From: Candidatus Zhuqueibacterota bacterium
Lineage (GTDB): Bacteria > Zhuqueibacterota > Zhuqueibacteria > Thermofontimicrobiales > Thermofontimicrobiaceae
Assembly (NCBI GenBank): GCA_049322915.1
Contig: JBMOPW010000016.1
Coordinates: forward strand, 167,971-231,970
Reading direction: 5' to 3'
Length of the DNA: 64,000 nt
This document shows positions 1-9,900 of this stretch, in pieces. Made by a program: the position numbers and the translations under genes. The notes beneath the pieces are model-generated. The model made no database searches. It had not been told where the DNA came from and saw only the letters and a program-made list of their open reading frames with translations. How positions within the stretch are numbered: position 1 is the stretch's first letter; each line of letters starts with the position of its first letter.

Positions 1-1406
1 ATTTCATGGATTCCAGCCCGCGGTCCGCTCGATAGCAGCCGTAAATCGTTGCAAATTTTACTCAGTTTGACAGCCACGCGTTTGAGTACGCCGGAAAGCT
101 GCACGTACGCCCCGGTATCCTGTGTGGCCTCGACAAGGTTCACCGCGGTTTTTAAATCAAGTTGAGTAATTTCCGTCAGATATTTACAGACAATATCTGA
201 ATACCCCGGCGGCGCGTTGAGCCCGGTGCCAATGGCTGTCGCACCCAGATTAATTTCTTTCAATAATTGCATGGCCTCGGAAACGCGGCTGATATCTTCG
301 TCGATCATGGTGGAAAATGCGCTGAACTCCTGGCCCAGTGTCATGGGAATGGCGTCCTGCAATTGAGTCCTTCCCATTTTAATCACATCCGAGAATTCAA
401 TGGATTTCTGCTGGAACGCATCTCTCAATTCTTCCATCCCTGTCACCAGCATTTGCAGGGCGAACAACAATCCCACCCGCATGGATGTGGGATAGGCGTC
501 ATTGGTGCTTTGGCTGAGATTGACGTGATTGTTGGGATGAACGATGTCGTAACGGCCAAATGGGTAGCCCAGAATTTCCAGCGCCCGATTGGCGATCACT
601 TCATTTGCATTCATATTGGAACTGGTTCCGGCGCCTCCCTGAATCACATCTACTACAAAATACTGATGATGCTCGCCTTCTATAATTTCATCGCAGGCCT
701 GGCAAATCGGGCGGCACTTTTCCGGCTCGAGCAGGTTCAACTCCTCATTGGCAAGTGCGGCCGCTTTTTTCACCATGGCCAATGCTTTGATCAGATTGGG
801 AAACGTGCGAATCGGAATCCCGGAGATCGGAAAATTTTCCATGGCCCGCAGCGTCTGAATGCCGTACATAGCCCGCTCCGGTAAATCGCGCTCTCCCAAC
901 AGATCCTGCTCCTGTCGCGTTCGTTCAATGGGCGCAAGTCCCGGAATATAGGCTAAACGCTGCGCGAGAAGAACGCCGGCCGACTCTATCATGCGCAGAT
1001 AGGTTTCGCTGTCCTTCTTTTGAATTTTTAAAAGTTCATCTTTATGCAGGAAAATGACAGTCACATCGGACAGCGCGCGCGCCGAAGTCATGTGAGGTAT
1101 GTCTTTGGACAACAGAATTCGCTCGCCCAACAATTTGCCCTGGCCTAATACGGTCAACTGAACCGGGTGATCGCCGATGCCTTTCAGAATTTCAACCGTG
1201 CCATGAACGATGAGAAAGATGCCCTTGCGTGGCATACTTTCATGAAACAGAAAATTTCCCGCCAGGTAAGAAATTGCCTGCACAAAGCTGGCAATGAATG
1301 TGATCTGTTTCTCGTCCAGCCCGGAAAAGATCGGAACCTGGTGAACATATTTTAAGATGTCCTGCTGTGATAGTTTGGCTGCAACGCCATTGTTTTTTGT
1401 CTTCAT
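1..1406 (-). CDS. aspA: Aspartate ammonia-lyase with N-terminal cyclic-nucleotide-binding domain (runs off the window's left edge; 3' end missing)
   Basis: Manual translation from ATG at 1406: MKTKNNGV...VPIFSGLDEKQI...LFHESMPRKGIFLIVHGTVEI...LLGERILL..PHMTSARALSD (cNMP domain). Then RQEQDLLGER...YGIQTLRAMENF...QGGAGTSSNMNANEVIANRA...SQSTNDAYPT...KMGRTQLQDAIPMTLGQEF (aspartase/fumarase signature). Not in the ORF track because the stop lies outside the window. Confidence 0.9.
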   Translation of the reverse strand, partial: MKTKNNGVAAKLSQQDILKYVHQVPIFSGLDEKQITFIASFVQAISYLAGNFLFHESMPRKGIFLIVHGTVEILKGIGDHPVQLTVLGQGKLLGERILLSKDIPHMTSARALSDVTVIFLHKDELLKIQKKDSETYLRMIESAGVLLAQRLAYIPGLAPIERTRQEQDLLGERDLPERAMYGIQTLRAMENFPISGIPIRTFPNLIKALAMVKKAAALANEELNLLEPEKCRPICQACDEIIEGEHHQYFVVDVIQGGAGTSSNMNANEVIANRALEILGYPFGRYDIVHPNNHVNLSQSTNDAYPTSMRVGLLFALQMLVTGMEELRDAFQQKSIEFSDVIKMGRTQLQDAIPMTLGQEFSAFSTMIDEDISRVSEAMQLLKEINLGATAIGTGLNAPPGYSDIVCKYLTEITQLDLKTAVNLVEATQDTGAYVQLSGVLKRVAVKLSKICNDLRLLSSGPRAGIHE

Positions 1407-1752
1407 CGCTTTGTTGTCATTCGAAAAAATGATCCTGAGTTACCATTCATCGGGCTTAAAAAATTGGCGTGAATGTAAGGACAATAATTTAGATTGTCAA
1501 CCTTTTTTTTATTAAGTTTCGAAAAAGTCACTAATTTTACCTTAGTCCAGTCGGGATGAGAATGGCCATGTTCTGCCAGCAGCAGGTATTGCACATCAAT
1601 CCGAAGGCCAGATTCCGGGGCAATCGCAACCTGAATGGCGATAAAGATATACCGGGACAATTTTCTGAGCGGTAGAGGTTCTTTGCCGGGTAAAATGAAG
1701 TGGCTCTCGCGAACCGTCGTGACGCACAGATTTCTAATTTATCGTCATGTGC

Positions 1753-1937
1753 CCACTCCAAAGAGGGACTGACGCCCCAAAATCAGAGGTGAATTTCTGT
1801 TCCCTGAGTTAAAAGTGGGGGCTGTTCAACTTGTTTAACTTTTAACTTTTTCAAGAAAGTGCTACGTTATTTATGACGTGGAAAATATATCAGACCCAAC
1901 GTATCAAAGCCTTTTAAGGCTTTTTAGAGGCGACCCA
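1753..1937. mobile_element. ~185-bp palindromic dispersed repeat (MITE/REP-like), copy 1
   Basis: Aligns by eye over its full length with 40562-40745. Contains internal hairpins and ends ...TTTTAGAGGCGACCC. Confidence 0.75.
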
Positions 1938-2025
1938 TTCATTGATGAAAAAATCGAACTATGGGATAATTCTTACGTTCAAGGTTTGTAAACGAATTGC
2001 CTGAACCATCTCACAGGAGTGCTCA

Positions 2026-3117
2026 ATGAAAAAATCGTTCGCGCTGTTCTTCATTTTCATCCTCTTTTTTTCTTGTTCAAAATCAGTGGAGTACAAAAAG
2101 ATAGAACTCAGTCTGGAAAAGAAAATCGGCGAAGACGTCGAATCCGAAGCCGCCTGGTTCAGTTCGCTCAATGACTTTTGGGTGGATGATTCCGGCAGAA
2201 TTTTTTGCGCTGACGGGACAGATGGCAAAATCAAAATCTTTGATGCAAGCGGCGCGCCTGAATTTAACTTTGGCAGCAAGGGTCAGGGACCTGGCGAGTT
2301 CTCCTACCCCAATTGCATTGCGGTTTCCCAAAGCGGGGATATCTTTGTGGCGGACGCCGGCCGACGCAGTCTCATCAAATTTGACGGGGCAGGGAAATTC
2401 ATCAATTCCATTCAGCTTGGGTCGCCCATCGTTCGAATGGAGCGATTCGAAAATGGAAATCTGGTTGTGGAAATCGCCCGCTTCGCGCTTGGAAAGGACA
2501 TCAAGGAATCGATATTCGAGCTCACCCTGTTTGACGAAGATTTGCACGAGATCAAAAACGGAATTTTCAGTCGGTCAGTCGAGCACTATGCCTGGATTGA
2601 CGTCAGCGAAGAGCATTCAGTGACTCAGCCCATTCCGTTTGCGCCGAGAATTGTGTGGCATGTCATCGGGAATCGCCTTTTCGTCGGGTACACGGATGAA
2701 TTCAAAATTTCAATTTTCGATGAAGCCGGAAATTTCCTGCAGGAATTTTCGAAGCAAGTGCCGAGGGAGAACGTGCCCGGCGCTGAGAAGGGAAAATGGA
2801 TTGAACGGACTTTGAAGAATTTCGAGGGAAGGCCGGGAATAAATCCCTCAATTCTGCAGAAGAGTATGGAGGGTGTGAACCTGCCGGCGATGAAGCCGGC
2901 GATTATACGGCTGAGCCGGATGGAAAATAATCTGCTTGTGTTTGGCAATGAAAGTGAAAAAGGATTTCCGGCCGCGCAGTTCAACGACAGCGGTGAGGAA
3001 CAGGAACAGGTCGTTTTCCCCTGCGATGATTTCAAATACTTTGGCGGAAAATATTATCGGATGATCATCTCGGACAATGCGACAGCGGTGTTGGCGATAT
3101 ACCACAGCAGCGAGTGA
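2026..3117 (+). CDS. NHL-repeat / 6-bladed beta-propeller lipoprotein
   Basis: AGGAG RBS, lipobox-like LFFSC, NHL motif FGSKGQGPGEFSYPNCIAVSQSGDIFVAD. Confidence 0.85.
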   Translation: MKKSFALFFIFILFFSCSKSVEYKKIELSLEKKIGEDVESEAAWFSSLNDFWVDDSGRIFCADGTDGKIKIFDASGAPEFNFGSKGQGPGEFSYPNCIAVSQSGDIFVADAGRRSLIKFDGAGKFINSIQLGSPIVRMERFENGNLVVEIARFALGKDIKESIFELTLFDEDLHEIKNGIFSRSVEHYAWIDVSEEHSVTQPIPFAPRIVWHVIGNRLFVGYTDEFKISIFDEAGNFLQEFSKQVPRENVPGAEKGKWIERTLKNFEGRPGINPSILQKSMEGVNLPAMKPAIIRLSRMENNLLVFGNESEKGFPAAQFNDSGEEQEQVVFPCDDFKYFGGKYYRMIISDNATAVLAIYHSSE

Positions 3118-3371
3118 ATTCGCATTACGCGGCTGAACGCTTTGCTGCGGTCACAATTTTCAGCGTGCTGATTTGTATCTTTGCCTGGAAAGAGAAGCTG
3201 ACGACAGTTGCTATCCTGTCGTCAGCCAACTCGAACCCCGAACTGCAATTTCTCTGTGAAATTTCATCTATAAAACTTCGATGCGATGATGAACGAATCA
3301 CAGCAGCACCCTGCTTTGTGCGAATGCATTTTCTTCGGGACTGCGGTGCTTCTTTATTGTCGCGCCTTCTG

Positions 3372-4613
3372 CTATGGCGTCACATGATTCAACTCAAACT
3401 CATCGTAAATTTCGCCGGTTGCAGTGAAGCTTTGAAACTGCAACCGATCCCATTCGACTGAAATCACCTGAAAAAGCTGCACGTTATTTCCCAGTTTGGC
3501 CATCAATGACTCGAATTTTGGATTCAGGGAATAGACTTTTGGACCGCTGACCGATACGACGTACACCGTGCCTGGTTCCGAATCAGGCACTCTGACTCCA
3601 TCCCGCAATTTGAACGTGCGACCATAGGAGTGATCGTGTCCCTGAAGCACCAAATCGACATGGTGTCGATCGAACACCGGAATGAACAACTGGCGCATTT
3701 TTACGTGATCGCGTTCTTTCCCTGTGGAATAAAACGTCTGATGAATGGAGACAATCGTCCATCTGTTGGGGTTTTCTGTCAACAGACTATCCAGCCAATG
3801 CGCCTGTTCCTCCAGTTTTTCATTGCCGTTGAGCATGACGAATCGAACGCCCTGATAATCGAGGAAATAGGCGGATTCTTCCAGCCAGGCCGGGCCATTC
3901 TCAGGCAGCGTAAATTGAGGTCGCCACAAACGGCTCAGCCGCCTCATGACAAGATTGGCAATCGATTCCGGAAAATACTCATGGTTGCCGGGCAACAGAA
4001 TGAAAGGCATTGTCCGGGGAATCCAACCGGCGGCATAGAAAAATTCTCCCCATTGTTGGTCGTCGTTGCCGGAGTCCACAATATCCCCGGCGAGCAGCCA
4101 GAAACCAGCATCGGGGGCCTGCATATACGCCGCCCGAAAGATACGCGAACAGAGGCTCTTCAATTCATTTTGCGGATCGCCCAGAAAGGTAAATTTGAAA
4201 GGCTGAAATTCATTGCGCGCCGTCCTGAATTGGTTCCACTCACTCCATGAATTGCTATTCCCGACCCGATATGCGTACAGCGTATTTGGCGTCAGATCCG
4301 AAAAGACCGCTGAATGCTGGTAATACGTCTGATGTTCATCCACGGCGATTGCCAGAGATATGGCATCGACGGAGCGGGCTTTCTCCGCCAGATTCGACTG
4401 TGCAGTCGCCTGAACGATTTGCGCCTGCGAGTGTTTCGCTTCGTCAACTGTGCGCCAGGTAACGGCCAGACGGGTTGCCGGCGAGTCGGTGAGATTCAGA
4501 ACGATCCTGTCCGGCGCTTGAAGTTCCTGAGCATAATTGTTCGCGACAAGAGCGATGAGGAGAAGACAAAGAACGGTTGTCTTTTTCAGGTTCATAAATT
4601 TAAGTTGAATCAT
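3372..4613 (-). CDS. Secreted metallophosphoesterase (purple acid phosphatase family, N-terminal FN3-like domain)
   Basis: Signal peptide; motifs GDPQ, GDIVD, GNHE, HQT, GHDHSYGR; N-terminal LAVTWRT...YAYRVG. Start could instead be 4595. Confidence 0.88.
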   Translation of the reverse strand: MIQLKFMNLKKTTVLCLLLIALVANNYAQELQAPDRIVLNLTDSPATRLAVTWRTVDEAKHSQAQIVQATAQSNLAEKARSVDAISLAIAVDEHQTYYQHSAVFSDLTPNTLYAYRVGNSNSWSEWNQFRTARNEFQPFKFTFLGDPQNELKSLCSRIFRAAYMQAPDAGFWLLAGDIVDSGNDDQQWGEFFYAAGWIPRTMPFILLPGNHEYFPESIANLVMRRLSRLWRPQFTLPENGPAWLEESAYFLDYQGVRFVMLNGNEKLEEQAHWLDSLLTENPNRWTIVSIHQTFYSTGKERDHVKMRQLFIPVFDRHHVDLVLQGHDHSYGRTFKLRDGVRVPDSEPGTVYVVSVSGPKVYSLNPKFESLMAKLGNNVQLFQVISVEWDRLQFQSFTATGEIYDEFELNHVTP

Positions 4614-4812
4614 AGTCACTTTCCCATTGATTGATGTGATCAGTGAAGGCGTGAAATAATGGATGAAAAATACCAAATCCTCACCATAGAAGCAAGCGAA
4701 AAATAGTGTGAAGTGAGATTAAATCATGACGCGCATCGTGGGTCAGACTCGGCGCGCGATGCGATGGAGCGTGGATTAAATCATTTCGGTCAGCGTGATG
4801 GGGTGAAAATCA

Positions 4813-4842
4813 CAAAGCCGCAGTTGACTACCTGCGGCTTTG
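4813..4842 (-). terminator. Rho-independent terminator hairpin after the 4897-5916 gene
   Basis: Perfect 11-bp stem CAAAGCCGCAG/CTGCGGCTTTG with 8-nt loop, followed by TGATTTT on the minus strand. Confidence 0.6.
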
Positions 4843-4896
4843 CGACTCGAAACGAAGAGAGGGATTTGATTTATGTAACGATGAGGTACAGCGTTT

Positions 4897-5916
4897 TTAT
4901 AACAGCTTTCTCCATTTTCCGTGGAAGAATCCGTGACGTCCATCTTCCGCCGTGGCTTTCCAGTGACCCTGCAATGTGCCGATATTCGTGAAGCTGCGAT
5001 TGACCCAGCGTCCTTGCATCCAGCCCAGGGAGGTGTCGGTTGCATTGTATCCCCAGCGGCCGACGAGCAGTCCGCCAAACTGTCCGCTCAGAGAGATGTA
5101 TTTGCCAAAGAAGACCTTTTCGTCATTGCGATTCACACCCCAGATGCCTTTCAGATGGCCGGCGTGGGTGCCGATATTATTGATCCAGCGACCGTCAAAT
5201 TTCCCGCCGTTCGGACCAGTTTTCACCCATCGGCCTTCCAGGAATCCACCGCCGAACGGTATCACTTGCTTGTTGTAGGCCTGAATCGAAACGGTGTGAC
5301 CCTGTTCTGTGACAACTTCGACCAGTTCCAGGGAATCAAGTTCAGCATAGGTGAATGTTCGCGAGAACAGGCCTGTCGTGAAGGTGAACTCTCCATTGGT
5401 GTCCACGCTGTCGCGGTCTAAAATGACCAGCGAGATGCCATCGAAATGCGGGCCGGTGTAGGAAACCCATTGTACGTTCTGTTGATCCGGCCGTGGGAAA
5501 ACCACGTAGTCGTTATGTTCGAATTTAATCGCTCGCATCACACCCAGCACGCCCTGGTTGACGCTGGCTGTTCCTGACCAGTTGATGACGGTTGTCGCGG
5601 TAGAATCCATCTCCAGAAGTCCCCAGGTGATTCGGATGAAATAGGCGTTGACTGTATTGGAGTCCAGCGTTGCGCTGAATTCTGGATCTTCGACAACCGG
5701 ATCGTTCACTTCTTCATCTTCGGGAAAATCAGCGGCGATACTCGCATCACCGAATGCAGGCAACTCGTCGGAGGTATTAAATCCGCCGTACGCTTTATCC
5801 AAATCAGTCTCTTCCACCTGATCGTTTTCAGTGGGCGAATTTTTTGAGCAGCCACTCATGCCAAACATGGCGACCAGGGCCACGATGAGCAACGAAAATA
5901 CGAAATATTTTTTCAT
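4897..5916 (-). CDS. Hypothetical lipoprotein with repeated G-x-(F/L)-x-G-x-W beta-strands at the C-terminus
   Basis: AGGAG RBS, lipobox MSGC, acidic linker, about 8 repeated GxxxGxW strands. Confidence 0.8.
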   Translation of the reverse strand: MKKYFVFSLLIVALVAMFGMSGCSKNSPTENDQVEETDLDKAYGGFNTSDELPAFGDASIAADFPEDEEVNDPVVEDPEFSATLDSNTVNAYFIRITWGLLEMDSTATTVINWSGTASVNQGVLGVMRAIKFEHNDYVVFPRPDQQNVQWVSYTGPHFDGISLVILDRDSVDTNGEFTFTTGLFSRTFTYAELDSLELVEVVTEQGHTVSIQAYNKQVIPFGGGFLEGRWVKTGPNGGKFDGRWINNIGTHAGHLKGIWGVNRNDEKVFFGKYISLSGQFGGLLVGRWGYNATDTSLGWMQGRWVNRSFTNIGTLQGHWKATAEDGRHGFFHGKWRKLL

Positions 5917-5989
5917 GATTACTTCTCCTGATTGTTATGGTTGATGTGTATGGATTTAAATTTGGGATCCCTGTGTTACTGCCCAATTT

Positions 5990-6005
5990 TGCAAACGTCA
6001 GGCCA
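5990..6005 (-). promoter_or_regulatory. Sigma54 (-24/-12) promoter for the 4897-5916 lipoprotein
   Basis: Minus strand TGGCCTG-ACGT-TTGCA fits TGGCACG-N4-TTGCW with exact GG/GC spacing, about 75 nt upstream of the ATG. Confidence 0.65.
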
Positions 6006-6270
6006 GAAACCAGACAGGATTGTTTTCGAAGTTTAACTGATTGAAAATCAGGAGTGTTAGTTGAAGGGGATCAATTTCGGTAACCGGCAACGCATGTACC
6101 TTTTCAGGCACTGACAAGTTGGAAAGCGTACTGATGGGTACAATCACTAACAGGGATTGAATGAAAAATTTCGGCAGGGGATTCGTCTTTCTCATCCGGC
6201 AAAGACGGAATTTTCATCAGGAATGGAAGGTGCTCCCGACTGACATTGGCTCAGCCGGGCTGCGAGAAAA

Positions 6271-7302
6271 TCAGTTGCCGGTCTTCCATGCCCCGTTCCC
6301 GGCCGGTTGGAGGAATCGCTTTTTCACATAGTCCATCACCATATCGTTCCACAGCGCGCCGAAAGATAATTCGGAATTGGCGCGCAGCGGCACATAGCAG
6401 GAGCCGCAGGTATTGTGTTTGGTGAATTTTTCAATGAGGTCGCTCTGGCTGGCAAAACTGATTTTATGCATGGCGCAGGGAACCAGCGACCCATCCGGAT
6501 TGACGACGAGGTGCCGGATCCCGGTTTTGCAGTTGGGAATATTCCCTGTTTCAAAAAATTGGATCATTCCTTTGAACACCGTCTCGGTGTTGTAAATGGG
6601 AGCGCCCTGGCGTCGCATCTCAATCAGTTTGTCTATCTGCTGGCGGAGAAGCTGCAACTCTTCCCTGGTTCGCAACGAATGCTCCTCACTGTGCGTCCGC
6701 AGCGCAGTGTAGGAACTGAAGATGATAGAGGCATTCCATTTGAAGGCAGTCCGGGCAATGTCAATTAAATAGGGTAGACTTTGTTTTCGAATCACGCAAA
6801 TCATGGTAATGTTGTGAAATCCGAGGGCGGTCATTTGGGGGACAATTGTGGACAGGTGTTTGAACAGGCCGGAAATCTGCCGGTTCTGATCATGGCGTTC
6901 GTCGGGCATATCGAGTGAAAAGGAGAACTGGTTGACGCCTGCCTCGGTCAATTCCTTGTATTTTTCAGGCGTCATCAGGGACGCATTCGAAACAAAACTG
7001 ATCATGGGCATGGTGCCATGACTGCGGAATAATTTCACAATGTCGAGATAGTCCTTGCGCAGAAGGGGTTCCCCGCCGGAAACCTGTGCAAACAGCGGAC
7101 GGAGTTGCAGATACAGCTCGTTAAATTTTTCCGGCGGCGCTAATTTTTCATTGGGAATAAATCCATCTTTGTCGCAATGAGAACAGTTAGCATTGCACGA
7201 ATGGGTGATTTCAAAGGAAATCGCCAGAGGCTTGCCAGCGAGTAAATTTTTAATTCCCGAGGATAACATATTCAAGGCAAGATTGGTTGATATATTTTTC
7301 AT
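6271..7302 (-). CDS. Radical SAM protein with SPASM/twitch-like C-terminus
   Basis: CNANCSHC motif, SGGEPLL, C-terminal CKTG...NPDGSLVPC...CGSC. Probable start MKNIS at 7302. Confidence 0.85.
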   Translation of the reverse strand: MKNISTNLALNMLSSGIKNLLAGKPLAISFEITHSCNANCSHCDKDGFIPNEKLAPPEKFNELYLQLRPLFAQVSGGEPLLRKDYLDIVKLFRSHGTMPMISFVSNASLMTPEKYKELTEAGVNQFSFSLDMPDERHDQNRQISGLFKHLSTIVPQMTALGFHNITMICVIRKQSLPYLIDIARTAFKWNASIIFSSYTALRTHSEEHSLRTREELQLLRQQIDKLIEMRRQGAPIYNTETVFKGMIQFFETGNIPNCKTGIRHLVVNPDGSLVPCAMHKISFASQSDLIEKFTKHNTCGSCYVPLRANSELSFGALWNDMVMDYVKKRFLQPAGNGAWKTGN

Positions 7303-7489
7303 AGCCCACTCTCTTCGAACTAACTTAAAGGCACATCCCGCCGAAATCTGATAGCGGGATGCATTGTTTTTGATTTCATCTTGATCAAAGAACGAGACCG
7401 GGTAACAAAATTCCAGGGAGACACGCGACAGAGCCGTATTCAGGGTGAATTCCGTCTCTCGAAAAATGCACAATCTCGGCTCGGCCCGG

Positions 7490-9286
7490 TTACTCGGCGT
7501 ACATGCTTTCGATCATATCTGAATATTTCTTTTCAACGGCATTGCGCTTGATTTTCAGCGTTGGAGTCAGCTCGCCTTTTTCAATGGTCAGGGCCTCGGG
7601 CAGCAGCCGAAATTTTTTAATCTGTTCAAATCGGGCCATATCGGTGGACAAACGCGTCACTTCGGAACTGATGGCCTGATAAATTTTGGGATGATTGACA
7701 AGCTCCTCTATGGAGGTGTAGTCGATGTTGTTTTCCTGACTCATGGTTTTGAGTATTTCGAAGTTTGGGATGATGAGCGCGGACAGGAACTTTCGGCCAT
7801 TTCCGATGACGAGAATCTGGTCGATGAGCGGGCTTGTCAGCAGTTTATTTTCGATGGGCGCCGGCGCGATATTTTTACCCCCGGATGTGATGATGATATT
7901 TTTCTTGCGGTCGGTGATGATCAGATAGCCGTCTTCGTCCAGCAAGCCGATATCCCCTGTGTGCAGCCAGCCCTCATCGTCAATGACCTCTTTGGTCTCA
8001 GCCGGTTTTTTGTAATAGCCTTTCATGATGTGCGGCCCGCGCGTGAGAATTTCGCCGTCACTGGCAATTTTCAATTCAACCCCGCCTTTGGAGAGGACCG
8101 GCCCGACAGTGCCAAATTTGAATTTTGCCTCGATATTCGCTGCAATGACCGGAGAGCTTTCGGTCAGGCCATAACCCTCGAGGATTGTAATCCCGGTAAA
8201 ATGAAAAAACTCGCCGATATGTTTGGGCAAAGGCGCGCCGCCGGAAATGAAAAATCTCAGCCGGCCTCCCACTCGCGCGTGAATTTTGCTGAACACCAGT
8301 TTGTGCGCGATATGATGTTTGCGCAGCAATAACGGGCCGACTTTTCCTGCTTCTTTGGCCTTCGCATATTTTTCACCTGTTCTGATTGCCCAATAGAAAA
8401 TTTTCTTTTTAATAGGCGAGCCAGCTTCTGCATTTTCGATGATGCGGGAATACATTTTCTCGAATAATCGTGGGACGCTCGTCATGATCGTCGGTTTCAC
8501 TTCGCCCAAATTTTGAGCGACGGTATCGATGCTCTCGGCATAGGCAATGGTCGCACCCTGGGACAGGGCGCAAAAATGGCCGGCCATCCGCTCGAAAACG
8601 TGGCACAACGGCAGGAAGGAGAGAAATGTATCATCGGAGTTAATGCCCAACGTGACTGTGCCGCCTTTGACATTGGATAAAATATTTTGATGACTCAGCA
8701 CTGCACCCTTGGGATTGCCGGTCGTTCCGGACGTGTAGATAATGCCGCAGGCGTCATCAGGCAGCACGTTGCTGGTCGCTTCGGAATAATAATTAGGCTT
8801 TTCCTGATTGAACAATTTGCCTTTCTCCATCGCCTCGTTGAAGGAGAGCATATTTTCCTTTGGCGAGGACAAGTCATCCATGAAAATTATCTTTTTCAGT
8901 ACGGGCAGATCCGCCAGGACTTCGACAATTTTACGCGTCTGATGCGGCGTGGAAGTGATGATGATTTTCGCCTCGGAGTCATTGAGAATATATTCGATTT
9001 GTCGCGGAATGAGTGATGGATAAACAGGGACGTTGATGGCGCCCAGAGAGAGTATGGCCAGATCCGATATGGCCCATTCCGGCCGATTTTCTGATAGTAT
9101 GGAAATGCGGTCGCCTTTTTTCACTCCCAGGGATGCTAATCCCAGAGCAAAATTTTTGACTCGTTCACCCAGCTCCTGGTATGAAAAGCCCTGATATTGG
9201 CCATCCACTTTGTGCATGATAGCAGTCTTTGAGCCATGGTTTTGGACGGTGTTTAAGAACATCTCAGTCAAAGTTGAAGCAGCCAT
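7490..9286 (-). CDS. Long-chain fatty acid-CoA ligase
   Basis: AMP-binding motif IIYTSGTTGNPKG, plus EGYGLTE, WLHTGDIG, DRKKNIIITSGGKNIAP and LTPTLKIKR. Confidence 0.93.
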   Translation of the reverse strand: MAASTLTEMFLNTVQNHGSKTAIMHKVDGQYQGFSYQELGERVKNFALGLASLGVKKGDRISILSENRPEWAISDLAILSLGAINVPVYPSLIPRQIEYILNDSEAKIIITSTPHQTRKIVEVLADLPVLKKIIFMDDLSSPKENMLSFNEAMEKGKLFNQEKPNYYSEATSNVLPDDACGIIYTSGTTGNPKGAVLSHQNILSNVKGGTVTLGINSDDTFLSFLPLCHVFERMAGHFCALSQGATIAYAESIDTVAQNLGEVKPTIMTSVPRLFEKMYSRIIENAEAGSPIKKKIFYWAIRTGEKYAKAKEAGKVGPLLLRKHHIAHKLVFSKIHARVGGRLRFFISGGAPLPKHIGEFFHFTGITILEGYGLTESSPVIAANIEAKFKFGTVGPVLSKGGVELKIASDGEILTRGPHIMKGYYKKPAETKEVIDDEGWLHTGDIGLLDEDGYLIITDRKKNIIITSGGKNIAPAPIENKLLTSPLIDQILVIGNGRKFLSALIIPNFEILKTMSQENNIDYTSIEELVNHPKIYQAISSEVTRLSTDMARFEQIKKFRLLPEALTIEKGELTPTLKIKRNAVEKKYSDMIESMYAE

Positions 9287-9900
9287 GCGTTAATCCTCCT
9301 GATTGATGAAGTCGAATCCCGGACGCAGCAGCGGTCGCTGGAATCGTGCCGAGAGTTAACGGGATCCCTCGTGTCAGTGAACTGGCCCATTTGGCAGCGA
9401 TGTGTACTGCCAGCATGGATTCGGAGAAATGCTCTGGCGCAATCGACTGGTCATGGTGCGCATCCGGGTGAACTTTTGCGCCCCGGACGAAGCCATCCAA
9501 AAGGCCCTGAGTTCAGAAGAAGCTAGTTCTCACACGGCTGAAAAGACGCTGCCGGCCCGTCGTAAAATGAATGAATGCCCGCTCATGACAGGGGATTCTG
9601 AAATTGTTAAAATTAAAAAATATTTACTCCAGATTATAATAATAAACACTCAAATAATCAAGTAAAAATATTCAGTAGAAATAATTGCTTAAAATGGCTG
9701 AAAGGATGTCGCCGGGCAGATCAGAATTTCAATTCACAGAGGGGATGAAAGCGGGTACGTCAAAAAACATCATCACGCTATGGTAGCGATAATCAAATGG
9801 ACGAAGGTTGGCCGGGGGCGGAGCGAAATGCGCAGCGGCTTCGTTGCTGACATGTGGGAGACTGCCCATTCCGAATCATCCGGCAGATGAACGATGTGGG

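Noticed and set aside
267..884. 205-aa plus-strand ORF
   Set aside because: Antisense to aspA; a typical shadow frame.
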